From: Candidatus Pacearchaeota archaeon
Lineage (GTDB): Archaea > Nanobdellota > Nanobdellia > Pacearchaeales > UBA284
Length of the DNA stretch: 64,000 bases
NCBI GenBank assembly: GCA_049699715.1
Contig: JBNAVB010000001.1
Span: 808 to 64,807 of the forward strand
Reading direction: 5' to 3'
Made by a program: the position numbers and the translations under genes. Numbering within the stretch: the stretch's first letter is position 1; the number at the start of each line of letters is the position of its first letter. A model generated the notes under the pieces. It was not told the origin of the DNA. It did not search any database and was given only the letters and a program-made list of their open reading frames with translations. Positions 1-9,615 of this stretch are shown in pieces.

Positions 1-5
1 TGATA

Positions 6-1142
6 ATGTTAATAGCGTTTTTCCTTAACAAAACTGTGCTTGGGCCTTTATTTAAGTTTGCTTCATCATCAACCGAGCTTTTGTCATTAGTCGCGGTAGC
101 ATTCGTGTTCCTGTTCGCGGGTTTGGCTTATCTTCTAAACTTGTCAATTGTGATAGGGGCTTTTATTGCAGGCATTACCATTGCGAACTTACCTTACAAG
201 CTCGAGATTGAGAGCAAAGTAAGGCCGCTCAGAGATTTCTTTGCTATAATATTTTTCGTTTCTCTAGGAACATGGCTCACTACTCTCGATATAACTAAAA
301 CGGTGATTCCTTTTTTTATATTCTTGGCTTTTGTATTGCTTGTGAAACCATTCATCACAGCTGCAACAATAAGACTCTTTGGCTACAAGACAAGAACCAG
401 CATCTTGAGTGGGATAAGCTTGGCGCAAATTTCAGAATTCTCCTTAATCTTGGCGTTCCAAGGCCTGCTATTTGGGATTCTCGCACAAGGGACTTTTAAC
501 ATGGTTGTGTTAATAGCGATAATAACAATGGCATTGTCTCCTTACTTAATGAGGATAAGCACTCTAGTCTATGGCAAAACAGCCTCACTATTTAATTTTC
601 TTAATGGAATCTCAATATATAAAGAAGAGCCAAAGCATATCACAAAGAACAAGAAGGGCATTTTATTGTTCGGATGCCACAGGATGGGCTCAATTTTCCT
701 GAAAGCGCTGAACAACGCTAAAGAGAATATAATGGTTGTAGATTATAACCCTGATATCATCAAAGCATTGACAAAACAAAATGTTTCTTGTATTTATGGA
801 GACTCCAGGAGTGATGAAGTTATAGAGTGTTTACCGGTAAAAGATGCCAAGATTGCCATTTCGACAATCCCGAACATAGCGGACAATATATTACTCATAG
901 GCAAACTGAAAAAATTGAACCCCCAGATTTTTATGATTGTCGAAGCGGACAAGATTCATGATGCTTTGAAACTTTACAATCTAGGCGCAGATTATGTCAT
1001 TTTGCCGCAAGTAGTCGGGGGGGAGAAAAGTCTGGATATCGTGAAAGAAGCTGAAAATATAAGCAAAAATAAAGAACGGCTCGCAAAGCTGAAAAAAGAA
1101 CATTTTGAATATCTAAAGGAATTACATCGAACCCTTTATTAA
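6..1142 (+). CDS. Cation:proton antiporter (Kef/CPA2-like) membrane domain with C-terminal TrkA-N/KTN NAD-binding regulatory domain; 5' end probably truncated by the window edge
   Basis: Multiple hydrophobic helices, then a Rossmann-like segment GILLFGCHRMGSIFLKAL...DYVILPQ typical of KTN/TrkA-N; ORF runs to position 6 with no clear upstream start. Confidence 0.55.
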   Translation: MLIAFFLNKTVLGPLFKFASSSTELLSLVAVAFVFLFAGLAYLLNLSIVIGAFIAGITIANLPYKLEIESKVRPLRDFFAIIFFVSLGTWLTTLDITKTVIPFFIFLAFVLLVKPFITAATIRLFGYKTRTSILSGISLAQISEFSLILAFQGLLFGILAQGTFNMVVLIAIITMALSPYLMRISTLVYGKTASLFNFLNGISIYKEEPKHITKNKKGILLFGCHRMGSIFLKALNNAKENIMVVDYNPDIIKALTKQNVSCIYGDSRSDEVIECLPVKDAKIAISTIPNIADNILLIGKLKKLNPQIFMIVEADKIHDALKLYNLGADYVILPQVVGGEKSLDIVKEAENISKNKERLAKLKKEHFEYLKELHRTLY

Positions 1143-2467
1143 CTCTTTATCTCTTTTATCTTTCTTATGCCCATTTCTTTCAACTGGGCTTGGCTTACTG
1201 ACTTGAGCAACTCGTGGATGTTGGTTATATCTCTTTTGGATTTCGCCCACAACTGATTATTCTTGATGAAAGCTTTGGGCCATTTTTTCTTGAATGCTTT
1301 GAGATATTTCTCTTGAACGCCCAATGGCGGGCCCTTAACAATATACTCTTTTGAAGGCTCTTTCAAGATAAAATAAAATGTCGCAATGAAAGTTTTTTCA
1401 TTAAATTCAAACTCGCCTTTCAAAATTTTAAAACCATTTTTCTTTAACAAGAAATATAAGAACTCGTAAAGTTTTTTTAGCTTCGCACCCGCAACGTCAA
1501 CTTTGTTTTTGAAACTCAAAGCTTTTAATGTGATAAACTTGGCTTTTGTTTTTTTTGCCCGTGTTTTTAAATTATTGATATCAATTTTTTCCTTGAAAAA
1601 GTAAGATTCTGATGGATGAGCAAGGAATTTTTTTGCTGCTTCAATAAATTTCTTTAGAGTTTCAAAGCTTAATGCTGCGCAAGCATTTCTTTCTTTCTGG
1701 ACAGGATCAACAAGGATTATTGGAGAGTGAAGCTTGGCTTCGTTCATTTCCTCGAGCAATTGTCGCTTTGATTTGTAATAGTGTTTTGAATCGATTACGA
1801 TTCTTGTTTCAAGACTTGTGGGAATTTTCCATTTTGTCGCTGCTTTCAAAAATTTCAAGAAAGAACCATAATAAGAAACAAGGATTTCAAGGGCATAGCC
1901 TGAAAAGCCCCTGATGTAACTCTCAGCGCCATAACAATCACTAGCATAACAGAAAGCCTTGGCAAGCTTGATTTCATTCGCGAGTTTCTTGTTCTTTTTT
2001 GTTTTGCTTAGAACATAAAAAACATGTAAAGGCGAGATGTCTGTAATGTTCAGGGCTTCGGAAGCTTTTTTTATTGCGAGAATGGGAATCAGTTCAAGAG
2101 TTAAGTTCTTGAATTTGATTTGGAAATAATTTCTCGAGCCTTTTAATGTGATATATCGGATTTTTGCGCTTTTGAGTGCTTTTTCTAGGAGGTTTGATAA
2201 TTCGCTTGATTTCTTGCTGAATTTATTGTAGGGAAAAAGAATGAAAATGTCAATGTCATAACTTGTATCTCTCTTCACAAGAGTTTGTTTTGCTAGTGAG
2301 CCACCAATAAAAATTTTTGCGCCGTATTTCTTGAGCTTTGGTTTCAGCTTTGCTTCGAACTTGAGAAGAGCTTTGTCTAGAGCAATCTTTTCTTCGTGAG
2401 GTGGTGTTATCTTTCTTATGACGTTCGTTAAAATTTGGTTTGTTAAAATTTGATTTGAGTTTTTCAT
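1139..2467 (-). CDS. cca: Archaeal class I CCA-adding enzyme (tRNA nucleotidyltransferase)
   Basis: Nucleotidyltransferase motif GGSLAKQTLVKRDTSYDIDIFILF and the block AESYIRGFSGYALEILVSYYGSFLKF match archaeal CCA enzymes (RGFSGY...E(L/I)L...YGSFL). Consistent with the tRNAs here lacking encoded CCA. Confidence 0.8.
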   Translation of the reverse strand: MKNSNQILTNQILTNVIRKITPPHEEKIALDKALLKFEAKLKPKLKKYGAKIFIGGSLAKQTLVKRDTSYDIDIFILFPYNKFSKKSSELSNLLEKALKSAKIRYITLKGSRNYFQIKFKNLTLELIPILAIKKASEALNITDISPLHVFYVLSKTKKNKKLANEIKLAKAFCYASDCYGAESYIRGFSGYALEILVSYYGSFLKFLKAATKWKIPTSLETRIVIDSKHYYKSKRQLLEEMNEAKLHSPIILVDPVQKERNACAALSFETLKKFIEAAKKFLAHPSESYFFKEKIDINNLKTRAKKTKAKFITLKALSFKNKVDVAGAKLKKLYEFLYFLLKKNGFKILKGEFEFNEKTFIATFYFILKEPSKEYIVKGPPLGVQEKYLKAFKKKWPKAFIKNNQLWAKSKRDITNIHELLKSVSQAQLKEMGIRKIKEIKS

Positions 2468-2561
2468 TTCTTCTCTCTTGCCATAGGAAACGTTTTTAAA
2501 TTTATAAATCTAACTTATATTAGATGAAAGAGGAAATGGATAGGAGAAGAAGAGGTGAAAG

Positions 2562-3647
2562 ATGTTGAGAATTGAAGAAGGGATTGTTATGAGCTATTTT
2601 TGTTTTGATGTGGGCAATGAAATAAGGCTCGAAGAAATTGAAAAAGTTCTCGGAAAAAAAGCTGAACAGATTTTGCTTACCTATGAAAGACTAACGCCTG
2701 AATACGTCCAGTATAAAACTCCGCCTTTGTTTATAAGGGTGGGGGTCGAGAAGGTTAATGGCAAGGAATGGGGCATCGATGCGAAGATTTATGATTTTGG
2801 TGTTGTGACTGTGAGGCTTTGGACCGGAATTGAAGGCACGACTGTAGAAATTACAAAATCCCTCAACAAAGCAGAGCAGGAAATAAAGAAAAAAGCTTTC
2901 ACAATTTTAAACAAAATCTTAGGCGAGATTAAAGCTTATATCGAAAAGCCTCTTATCGATGTGGAAAAGACTTTTAGCAATTATAATATATTTTTTGTGC
3001 AGAGGTTCGAAAGAGCTTGGAAACCACAAGATATTGTTAAGAGGTTCGGTGATGAAATCGCACATTTCTTGAGATATGAAAGTAAAAAACTCAGCGAACC
3101 GGAAATTAGAGATATAATAAAAAATCCACTCTCTTACTATAGCGATGACCTGACGATAATTGATTTCAATGCGGCGTTAATTTATGATCCCCGCAAAAGC
3201 TATGATGTACCGGATGTTTTGGAATATGCTATCATCGAACTGACTGAGTTAAGAGTTTATGATAATTTCCTTGATTCTGTGCTTGAGACAACTTATGAGG
3301 AACTGGGCAAGAAAAAGTTTTTCGCAAGGGGGAAGATCATAGACAAATTGTCCCAGATAAAGCTTGAGGTTTCGGAAGTTAAAGAAAAAGTAGAGAATTT
3401 TATTAAGTTAATTGACGATTCTTATCTTGGAAAGATTTATGTTGCCGCTTCGAACAAATTCTATCTTGAGAAATGGAAGTCGAGTGTTAAAGAAAAGCTG
3501 GAGCTACTTGAAAGCTTATATTCGAAAAGCTGGGACAGGCTACAAACAAGCAGGAATATTTGGCTCGAAGCTGCAATAGTTGCGCTGTTCATCTTGGATA
3601 TAATCTTAATTCTTTGGGAATTATTTGGGAAGAAGATTGGATTGTAA
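2562..3647 (+). CDS. Hypothetical protein with C-terminal transmembrane anchor
   Basis: Long ORF, coding-like composition, C-terminal hydrophobic helix (AAIVALFILDIILILWELF). No recognisable catalytic motif. Confidence 0.4.
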   Translation: MLRIEEGIVMSYFCFDVGNEIRLEEIEKVLGKKAEQILLTYERLTPEYVQYKTPPLFIRVGVEKVNGKEWGIDAKIYDFGVVTVRLWTGIEGTTVEITKSLNKAEQEIKKKAFTILNKILGEIKAYIEKPLIDVEKTFSNYNIFFVQRFERAWKPQDIVKRFGDEIAHFLRYESKKLSEPEIRDIIKNPLSYYSDDLTIIDFNAALIYDPRKSYDVPDVLEYAIIELTELRVYDNFLDSVLETTYEELGKKKFFARGKIIDKLSQIKLEVSEVKEKVENFIKLIDDSYLGKIYVAASNKFYLEKWKSSVKEKLELLESLYSKSWDRLQTSRNIWLEAAIVALFILDIILILWELFGKKIGL

Positions 3648-3654
3648 GTTCGGT

Positions 3655-5178
3655 TTAGTGTTTTTTAATTATGACTGGCCTGATTCTCTCTGCGATTCGT
3701 TTTGCATAAGCTAACTTTTCCTTTGTTTCGGCGTAGATTGTGAAAAGTTTCTCATTTCTTTTTACTTGCTCGCCAACATGTTTGTAAAGAAAGAGTCCTG
3801 CGCCGTTGTCTGCAGGCGAGCCAGCCATTCTCGCGATCTTTGACATCCTCTTGTTTGAGATTTCCGAAACTGTCCCTTGATCTTCTGCAAGAATGTCTGC
3901 TTTGAATTTGCCTAGCGCAAGTTTCTCATCCAACTTCGCCAAAGAGCCTTTTTGTGCTGCTATAATCTGTTCAAATTTACTTAATGCACGACCAGAGCCA
4001 AGAATTTCGTTGCAAGTCTTCGAGGCTTCCCCTTCTGGAATGTTCAGCACAAAAGAGAGTAATGCCGAAGCCAAATAAATAGCTCTAGTTTCTAGGTCTC
4101 TTGGGCGGTTAACATCTTGCCTCAAAACCTTTATTATATCCTGCATCTCAAGCGCTGGGCCTATACCATTGCCGATTGGCTGGCTGCCATCTGTGAGGGT
4201 GACTTTTATTGCAAGATTAAGGTTTGCGGCGACTTTCTCGAACTTTTCTTTGAGTTTCTTTGCTGTGGCGATGTTCGGCATCTTGGCGCCCCTGCCATAT
4301 GAAATATCGAGCAAGACATGGGTCGCGTTGACTGCCAATTTTTTCGAGAGGATTGAGGCTATGAGCTGAGGTTCTGGATCAAGAGACAATAGCCTTTCGA
4401 CTTGGATTATTTTATCATCAGCAGGCGCCAAGCCAAGGGAACCGCCCCAAACCAAACAGGCATTTGTCTTGTTAATAATTCTCCTTATTTCATTGATGTC
4501 AAACTCAACCTTAGCAACAGTTTCTATCACATCAGCTGTGCCTGCTGCGCTTGTTATTGCACGAGAAGAAGTTTTTGGGATTATCGCATTGAGTTTAAGC
4601 TCATCAATTGCCGCAGCAATAATTGAAACTACAATTGGAGTTGTCCTGTTGCCTTCGATACCGCCGATGCTATGCTTGTCTATCACTATTTTCTTGTGAA
4701 AATCTAGCTGATGGCCTGTCTTAACCATAGATTTTGTCAACGAAGTAATCTCAGTGAGGTTCATACCTTTCAAGTAAACCCCGGAAACAAAATAGGCAAC
4801 CTCGGCTTCTGTCAACTTGTTGTTCACAATGTCAGAAACTATCGTAAATATTTCTGTGAATGTCAGGGGCTCGCCGCGAAGCTTTTTCTTTATATAATCA
4901 ATGCTCAGCGGCCTCAATGCCGGATTAACATCGACTATTTCTTTGCTTCGGAGTTTCAGTTCTTTGGTTATTTCCTGGGAGAGCGCTATATCTTCTGGGT
5001 CTAGAATCGTGCCGCCGCCTGCGATATCTATCGGCGCGATAATCTCTTGTTTTCTGTCATATCTTTTGATCCTAACGCGTTCGCCCACATGCAAATTAAG
5101 CCATTTTGCAGTGTCCTCATGGATTATTGCGATTGGTTTGCCAGCTATCAAGTGCAAAGCTTTAACTTTCAGTAACAT
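3655..5178 (-). CDS. AMP phosphorylase (archaeal thymidine-phosphorylase-family enzyme)
   Basis: HSIGGIEGNRTTPIVVSIIAAA, PKTSSRAITSAAGTADVIE and ACLVWGGSLGLAPADD match the pyrimidine-nucleoside phosphorylase family. The ~500-aa length with an N-terminal extension fits archaeal AMP phosphorylase. Confidence 0.8.
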   Translation of the reverse strand: MLLKVKALHLIAGKPIAIIHEDTAKWLNLHVGERVRIKRYDRKQEIIAPIDIAGGGTILDPEDIALSQEITKELKLRSKEIVDVNPALRPLSIDYIKKKLRGEPLTFTEIFTIVSDIVNNKLTEAEVAYFVSGVYLKGMNLTEITSLTKSMVKTGHQLDFHKKIVIDKHSIGGIEGNRTTPIVVSIIAAAIDELKLNAIIPKTSSRAITSAAGTADVIETVAKVEFDINEIRRIINKTNACLVWGGSLGLAPADDKIIQVERLLSLDPEPQLIASILSKKLAVNATHVLLDISYGRGAKMPNIATAKKLKEKFEKVAANLNLAIKVTLTDGSQPIGNGIGPALEMQDIIKVLRQDVNRPRDLETRAIYLASALLSFVLNIPEGEASKTCNEILGSGRALSKFEQIIAAQKGSLAKLDEKLALGKFKADILAEDQGTVSEISNKRMSKIARMAGSPADNGAGLFLYKHVGEQVKRNEKLFTIYAETKEKLAYAKRIAERIRPVIIKKH

Positions 5179-5226
5179 TCTCGCCTTTACCTCTTTTTCT
5201 TTATTTCCTCTTCTTTCTGTTTATTT

Positions 5227-6279
5227 TTAACTAGCTAATTTTATTGTGCCGGTTCTGTAGAGCTCTATGAAAATGAGCAAGTATTCCAAGACAAGAGGGC
5301 CCACAATAATACCGACGGGCCCTATCAGTGCTAAACCGCCTAACATCCCGATTAATGCAACAACTTCGTTTATCTTTCCTTTTTTGCCTACAATGCCCGG
5401 TTTAATTATGTTATCTATCCACGAAACCACCAACACCCCGAATATGAACATCAATATTCCGTTTGTGGTGTTTCCCATCGCAATCATTACTATACTAACA
5501 GGCACCCACACAAATGCCGGGCCAATAAAGGGGATTATTGAAAGCAATATTGCTAGTAATGTAAAAAATAGAGGGGAAGGCGCGCCGAATATGTAGAAGC
5601 CTACACCTGCCACTGCTCCTTGGATTATCCCTACAACAACTTGCCCGTAAATAGTAGCAGAACTAATCTCTTTTGAGCGTTTTATCAATCGTTCGTTAAC
5701 TTCGGATGTGAATGGCAGGATTTCCTTAATGTAATTGGTTATTTTAGGGCCTTCCTTGAGCGAATAATAAGCAACAAAAAACACAACAAATAATTGTAGG
5801 ATAATCGTTGGGGCGTCTGTCAGCACTTTTCCGACATTCTCTGTAAAGCTCGAAGTTAATGTTATAATCGCCTGCTGGATTGTCGTCGTAATTTGCCTGC
5901 TTAAGTCGGGGGTTTCAAATATTCTAGAGAGAAAACCGTTAATCAAAGTGTAAAAATCAATTTTTTGTATTTCAATATAAAGGTTGAATGCTTCTTTGAT
6001 TGTTATCTGCGCAATAAAATAGAGTGCAACGGCCAACACTAGAACAGTGACTATTGTAATTATTAAAGATGCTGCTGTTGGATTTTTGACAAGCTTCAAA
6101 ATTTGTTTATATAGGGGGGCCAAAATAAATGCAAGGACTAAACCAAATATCACTGCGACTATAAAAGGCTTTATCAGGAAAAAGGCAAGTATTAACAGCC
6201 CTATCAGTATTACCACCGCGAAGGTTTTTCTAGATGTGTAATGGTCTGCTGGATTATTAATATAGCTTTTCCGGGGCAT
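5227..6279 (-). CDS. AI-2E family transporter (UPF0118/PerM-like permease)
   Basis: Eight predicted TM helices and the conserved C-terminal block GQVVVGIIQGAVAGVGFYIFGAPSPLFFTLLAILLSIIPFIGPAFVWVPVS typical of the AI-2E family. Confidence 0.7.
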   Translation of the reverse strand: MPRKSYINNPADHYTSRKTFAVVILIGLLILAFFLIKPFIVAVIFGLVLAFILAPLYKQILKLVKNPTAASLIITIVTVLVLAVALYFIAQITIKEAFNLYIEIQKIDFYTLINGFLSRIFETPDLSRQITTTIQQAIITLTSSFTENVGKVLTDAPTIILQLFVVFFVAYYSLKEGPKITNYIKEILPFTSEVNERLIKRSKEISSATIYGQVVVGIIQGAVAGVGFYIFGAPSPLFFTLLAILLSIIPFIGPAFVWVPVSIVMIAMGNTTNGILMFIFGVLVVSWIDNIIKPGIVGKKGKINEVVALIGMLGGLALIGPVGIIVGPLVLEYLLIFIELYRTGTIKLAS

Positions 6280-6362
6280 AATAATATACAGCTTAGTGCT
6301 TTTATAAAGTTTTTTAAAGAATGAGAAACTTTATATTTCAATAAAGCAAAAGGAATTAAAAA

Positions 6363-7262
6363 ATGAGAAAGGCTATAGTTTCTGGACAGTTTTATTTGAG
6401 TGATAAAAGCGGGTTGAATGGCCAAGTCGAATCGTGTTTTTTCAATAAGTTAGGGCCTGGTTCGCTTCCGAAAGCATTTAACTTGAAAGCAAGAAAACTT
6501 GGATTGATTGTTCCTCATGCAGGCTACCCTTATTCTGGAGCTTGCGCTGCCTGGGCCTACAAAGCGCTGATGGAAGTAAAGAAAGAGGACATGCCAGAAA
6601 CTTTTATTATCTTCGGGCCCTGTCACAGCGGTTATGGCAAAACTCCTTTCTCGTTATCCCTTGAAAATTTTGAAACTCCACTCGGGCTTGTCAAAAATAA
6701 TATTGAGCTTGGAAATTCACTTATTGAAGCTTTGAGCTCATTAGGATTGCAGCAGGATGAAGCAGCTCATAAGCTCGAGCACAGTATTGAAGTGCAGCTG
6801 CCTTTCCTGCAGTTTTGTTACAAATTGGCAAAAAAAGAATTCAGGATTGTACCAATTGTTGTGTCATCAATCGATTATGACTCGTGCGCAAAACTTGCCA
6901 TGGCGATAGCGAAAGTCCTCGATGAACAGAAAATAAACAAAAAAGTCTGTGTGATTGCTTCGAGCGATTTTACTCATTACGGATTGAGCTATGGATTCCT
7001 TCCATTCACGAGAAATGTCAAGGAAAATTTGTATGCTTTAGACAAAGCCGCAATATCTCTGATCCTTAAGCTTGACTCAAAGAATTTTTACAAGAAAGCT
7101 ACGAGCTTGACGATCTGCGGCTATTCGCCTATCGTAATGATGCTCGAGCTTGTAAAGGAACTCGGGGCGAAGAAAGCAGAGCTTCTGAAATATTATACTA
7201 GTGGAGATGTTGTTAATGATTATAGTAGCGCGGTCGGATATGCGAGCATTGTGATAGAATAG
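6363..7262 (+). CDS. MEMO1-family protein (AmmeMemoRadiSam system protein B)
   Basis: N-terminal SGQFY, the LIVPHAGYPYSGACAAWAYKAL block and the FGPCHSG motif are MEMO1-family hallmarks. Confidence 0.7.
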   Translation: MRKAIVSGQFYLSDKSGLNGQVESCFFNKLGPGSLPKAFNLKARKLGLIVPHAGYPYSGACAAWAYKALMEVKKEDMPETFIIFGPCHSGYGKTPFSLSLENFETPLGLVKNNIELGNSLIEALSSLGLQQDEAAHKLEHSIEVQLPFLQFCYKLAKKEFRIVPIVVSSIDYDSCAKLAMAIAKVLDEQKINKKVCVIASSDFTHYGLSYGFLPFTRNVKENLYALDKAAISLILKLDSKNFYKKATSLTICGYSPIVMMLELVKELGAKKAELLKYYTSGDVVNDYSSAVGYASIVIE

Positions 7263-7288
7263 ATTGAATACAAACGTTAATCAAACAA

Positions 7289-7920
7289 TTAGCTCTCCCT
7301 ATATTCTTGGATCACTTTTCTTAAAGAGTCCCCTCTAAACACTTTAAGATTATTATTAAACTTGGGCTTTACAGAATTAATATATTTACTTGCTTTTCCA
7401 GAATAAACTATTGCAAATTCAGATAATCTTAAATCCAATTTTTCAAGAATAACTTCTGTCCAAGTTTTTTTAGGAATATAAATGTAGTTCTCTCGAAAAA
7501 GTTTCTTTTCTTTAGATGTTCGCTCTCTTTTTGAACAATCATAGAAAGCAAGAAAATCCCAAGTACGACCATCTATATATTTAATATCATTTGTATTTTT
7601 TTTAATACATCCAGCTTAAATGCAAAATGCACGTCATAATCCAAATTAGATAATCCCGAACGATCCAAACTGCTTAGATGAATCTTGGGTTCAGATAAAT
7701 AATAAAAATAATATTTGCATATCCTATAAAAATCATCTTGTATATCTTGTTTTGGAGTTATAATAAAATCTTTGAAGATTTTAAGGTGTTCTATAGAGAT
7801 GCTATGGAACACTAAATCGGCTGGATGAGAAAGCTCGTAATCATAACATCGAGGGCAATAAGCCATAACAACCTCCTCGAGTTTTATTCCCTTTTCTATT
7901 TTATGATGTAAACAATACAT
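7289..7920 (-). pseudogene. Hypothetical protein gene interrupted by an apparent +1 frameshift in an A8 run (ORF 7573..7920 continues in another frame to 7289)
   Basis: The listed 115-aa ORF stops just after a KK (AAAAAAAA) run. One extra A in that run opens ~105 more stop-free codons (LKKNTNDIKYIDGRTWDFLAFYDC...VIQEYRES), unlikely by chance at this AT content. Confidence 0.4.
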
Positions 7921-7925
7921 GATAA

Positions 7926-8209
7926 TTATTTACCTTCTTCAATTTTTGTTAGAATTCCCTCTATTTCTTTGAATATTTTTTTGACCTCGACTGGAGATAA
8001 ATTCCTGTTGGGAATTGGAAGCGTAGGACGATGAGTCACGCCATTTTTTCATAACTGAAACCATAAATCTTGTGATCTCCTTTTTGTCGTATAAATTTGA
8101 AGCCCAGACTCTCCACATAAGCCATAATTTCTTTACCTTTAAAAGATTTAAACCACCCTTCTTCCCTGTTTTTATATTTTTGATATGCCTCTTCGACTTC
8201 CTGCGTCAT
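7926..8209 (-). pseudogene. hicA: HicA-like (YcfA family) mRNA-interferase toxin gene with an apparent +1 frameshift in an A6 run
   Basis: MTQEVEEAYQKYKNREEGWFKSFKGKEIMAYVESLGFKFIRQKGDHKIYGFSYEK resembles the HicA N-terminus (KGSH..Y motif). After a +1 shift at GAAAAAATGG the frame continues NGVTHRPTLPIPNRNLSPVEVKKIFKEIEGIL, resembling the HicA C-terminus. Not in the ORF track because each piece is under 60 aa. Confidence 0.4.
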
Positions 8210-8316
8210 TTTTTTATATATTTTTTGTATAGTATTTATAGTGTATCTATAGTTTAAATTTTTTATAGTTTAAATTTTTATCTTTTTTAATATTTATTAA
8301 AAAGTTTTGCTCTTGA

Positions 8317-8823
8317 TTATTTATATCTTCTCTCGGTCCAATAAAAATGTCCTTTTTCTATTGCTTTTTCTCTGAAAGCAGATGGATAGTTAGTAAAAAG
8401 TTGGGAGATATGTTCTCTGGGGAGGTTTCTAAGTGAGACTTTGTCTAGAGCAGTATATATCTCTTTGATTCCTTTTTTAATTTCATTAAAGACTATCGGG
8501 ATTAAATGAACCTTGTTATAATCCAACTTAAGTTGCTTGATGGGGATTTTGTAGTAATATGACCCAGCCCCATTCTTAGGAGTATTTATAATGTATTTAT
8601 CCCTAAATTTTTGTAACTCTAAATTTCCTAAATGGCATTCCTTGCCATTGTAATCTATAATCAGCTCCTTGAAAGTGCCGTAAAAATAAAAATCGCTCAT
8701 ATTATTGATTTTTAAATTACCTTTATATTTGTATATAAGATAATCCCTGCATATACCCCGAAGATCGTGCATTTTTGATTTTAAGGGAATTAGGGTTCCA
8801 TTTATTCGGATTATAGAACACAA
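8317..8823 (-). CDS. Hypothetical protein
   Basis: 168-aa ORF with coding-like composition; no recognisable motif. Confidence 0.35.
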   Translation of the reverse strand: MCSIIRINGTLIPLKSKMHDLRGICRDYLIYKYKGNLKINNMSDFYFYGTFKELIIDYNGKECHLGNLELQKFRDKYIINTPKNGAGSYYYKIPIKQLKLDYNKVHLIPIVFNEIKKGIKEIYTALDKVSLRNLPREHISQLFTNYPSAFREKAIEKGHFYWTERRYK

Positions 8824-9093
8824 CCCTTTAGTTTTTTCATCTTCAAAGCCCCAAGGTCAAAGACAACCCTGCTCTTTCCATAATTTTCTATATTTATGAT
8901 TAGATTAGCCATTTTCTCGCTTCCTTCTTAGCGATTTATCATTTAAAAATTTTAACCATTCTTATAAATTATGTCACTTATCTGTGGTAACAAACAGAAA
9001 GGTTTATAAATCTCATTTTCTTTTGAAACCTATCAAAACTTATAAAAATAAAGATAAAAATTAAATAATTAAAAAGGTTTAAAAAATAAAAAA

Positions 9094-9399
9094 ATGGATA
9101 ACGACAAATTAGCAGGGATTATATTAGGGGCATTGGGTGCTAGCGCTGTTGCAGGGATAAGCGCAATTGTATGGCATTTCGGGATTAATCCCTTGATCAA
9201 AAACGAGAGAGACCTTAAAAAAATCATGAATCCGGATTCTACAATTGAATATTCTGGAACAATATGGGGCTCTTGGAAAAAATACGGAGAACCTTATGGG
9301 ATAGCTTGGGATATTTGGCTACACGGGATAACAGAATACAATAATATAAAAAATCCAGATAATCCTGGAAAATATAAAGTGTCTATACTTGAAAAATAA
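9094..9399 (+). CDS. Hypothetical small membrane-anchored protein
   Basis: N-terminal hydrophobic helix (LAGIILGALGASAVAGISAIVW) followed by a Trp/Gly-rich soluble part. Confidence 0.35.
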   Translation: MDNDKLAGIILGALGASAVAGISAIVWHFGINPLIKNERDLKKIMNPDSTIEYSGTIWGSWKKYGEPYGIAWDIWLHGITEYNNIKNPDNPGKYKVSILEK

Positions 9400-9408
9400 A
9401 CAAGTAAG

Positions 9409-9594
9409 ATGATAGATGAAGAATTGAAAAAAATTTATAATGCATTAATAAGAGGATGTATCGAAGAGAATGCTCTTTTTATGGAGAATTATGAGTGTGG
9501 CTTGGCAAAGAAAGTCACTGACATTTATTTGGTGGATTGCCCCAAAAGAAAAGGATTTAAATGCCTTGCTTACAGAAAACAAGACAAAGTTTAA
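9409..9594 (+). CDS. Hypothetical small Cys-containing protein
   Basis: 61-aa ORF directly after the previous gene and before infB; CxxxxxxxxC...C pattern. Weak. Confidence 0.2.
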   Translation: MIDEELKKIYNALIRGCIEENALFMENYECGLAKKVTDIYLVDCPKRKGFKCLAYRKQDKV

Positions 9595-9615
9595 AAGTTT
9601 CTTTTTCTTTTTGAC

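Noticed and set aside
3893-5230. Short ORFs antisense to or out of frame within the AMP phosphorylase gene (3893..4078, 4117..4302, 4169..4369, 4402..4626, 4469..4699, 4711..5004, 4901..5230)
   Set aside because: Fully overlapped by a long, motif-supported CDS on the other strand; low-complexity hydrophobic translations typical of antisense artefacts.
8072-8257. Plus-strand ORF 8072..8257 (61 aa)
   Set aside because: Lies antisense to the reconstructed HicA-like gene and its promoter; Phe/Ile-rich low-complexity translation.
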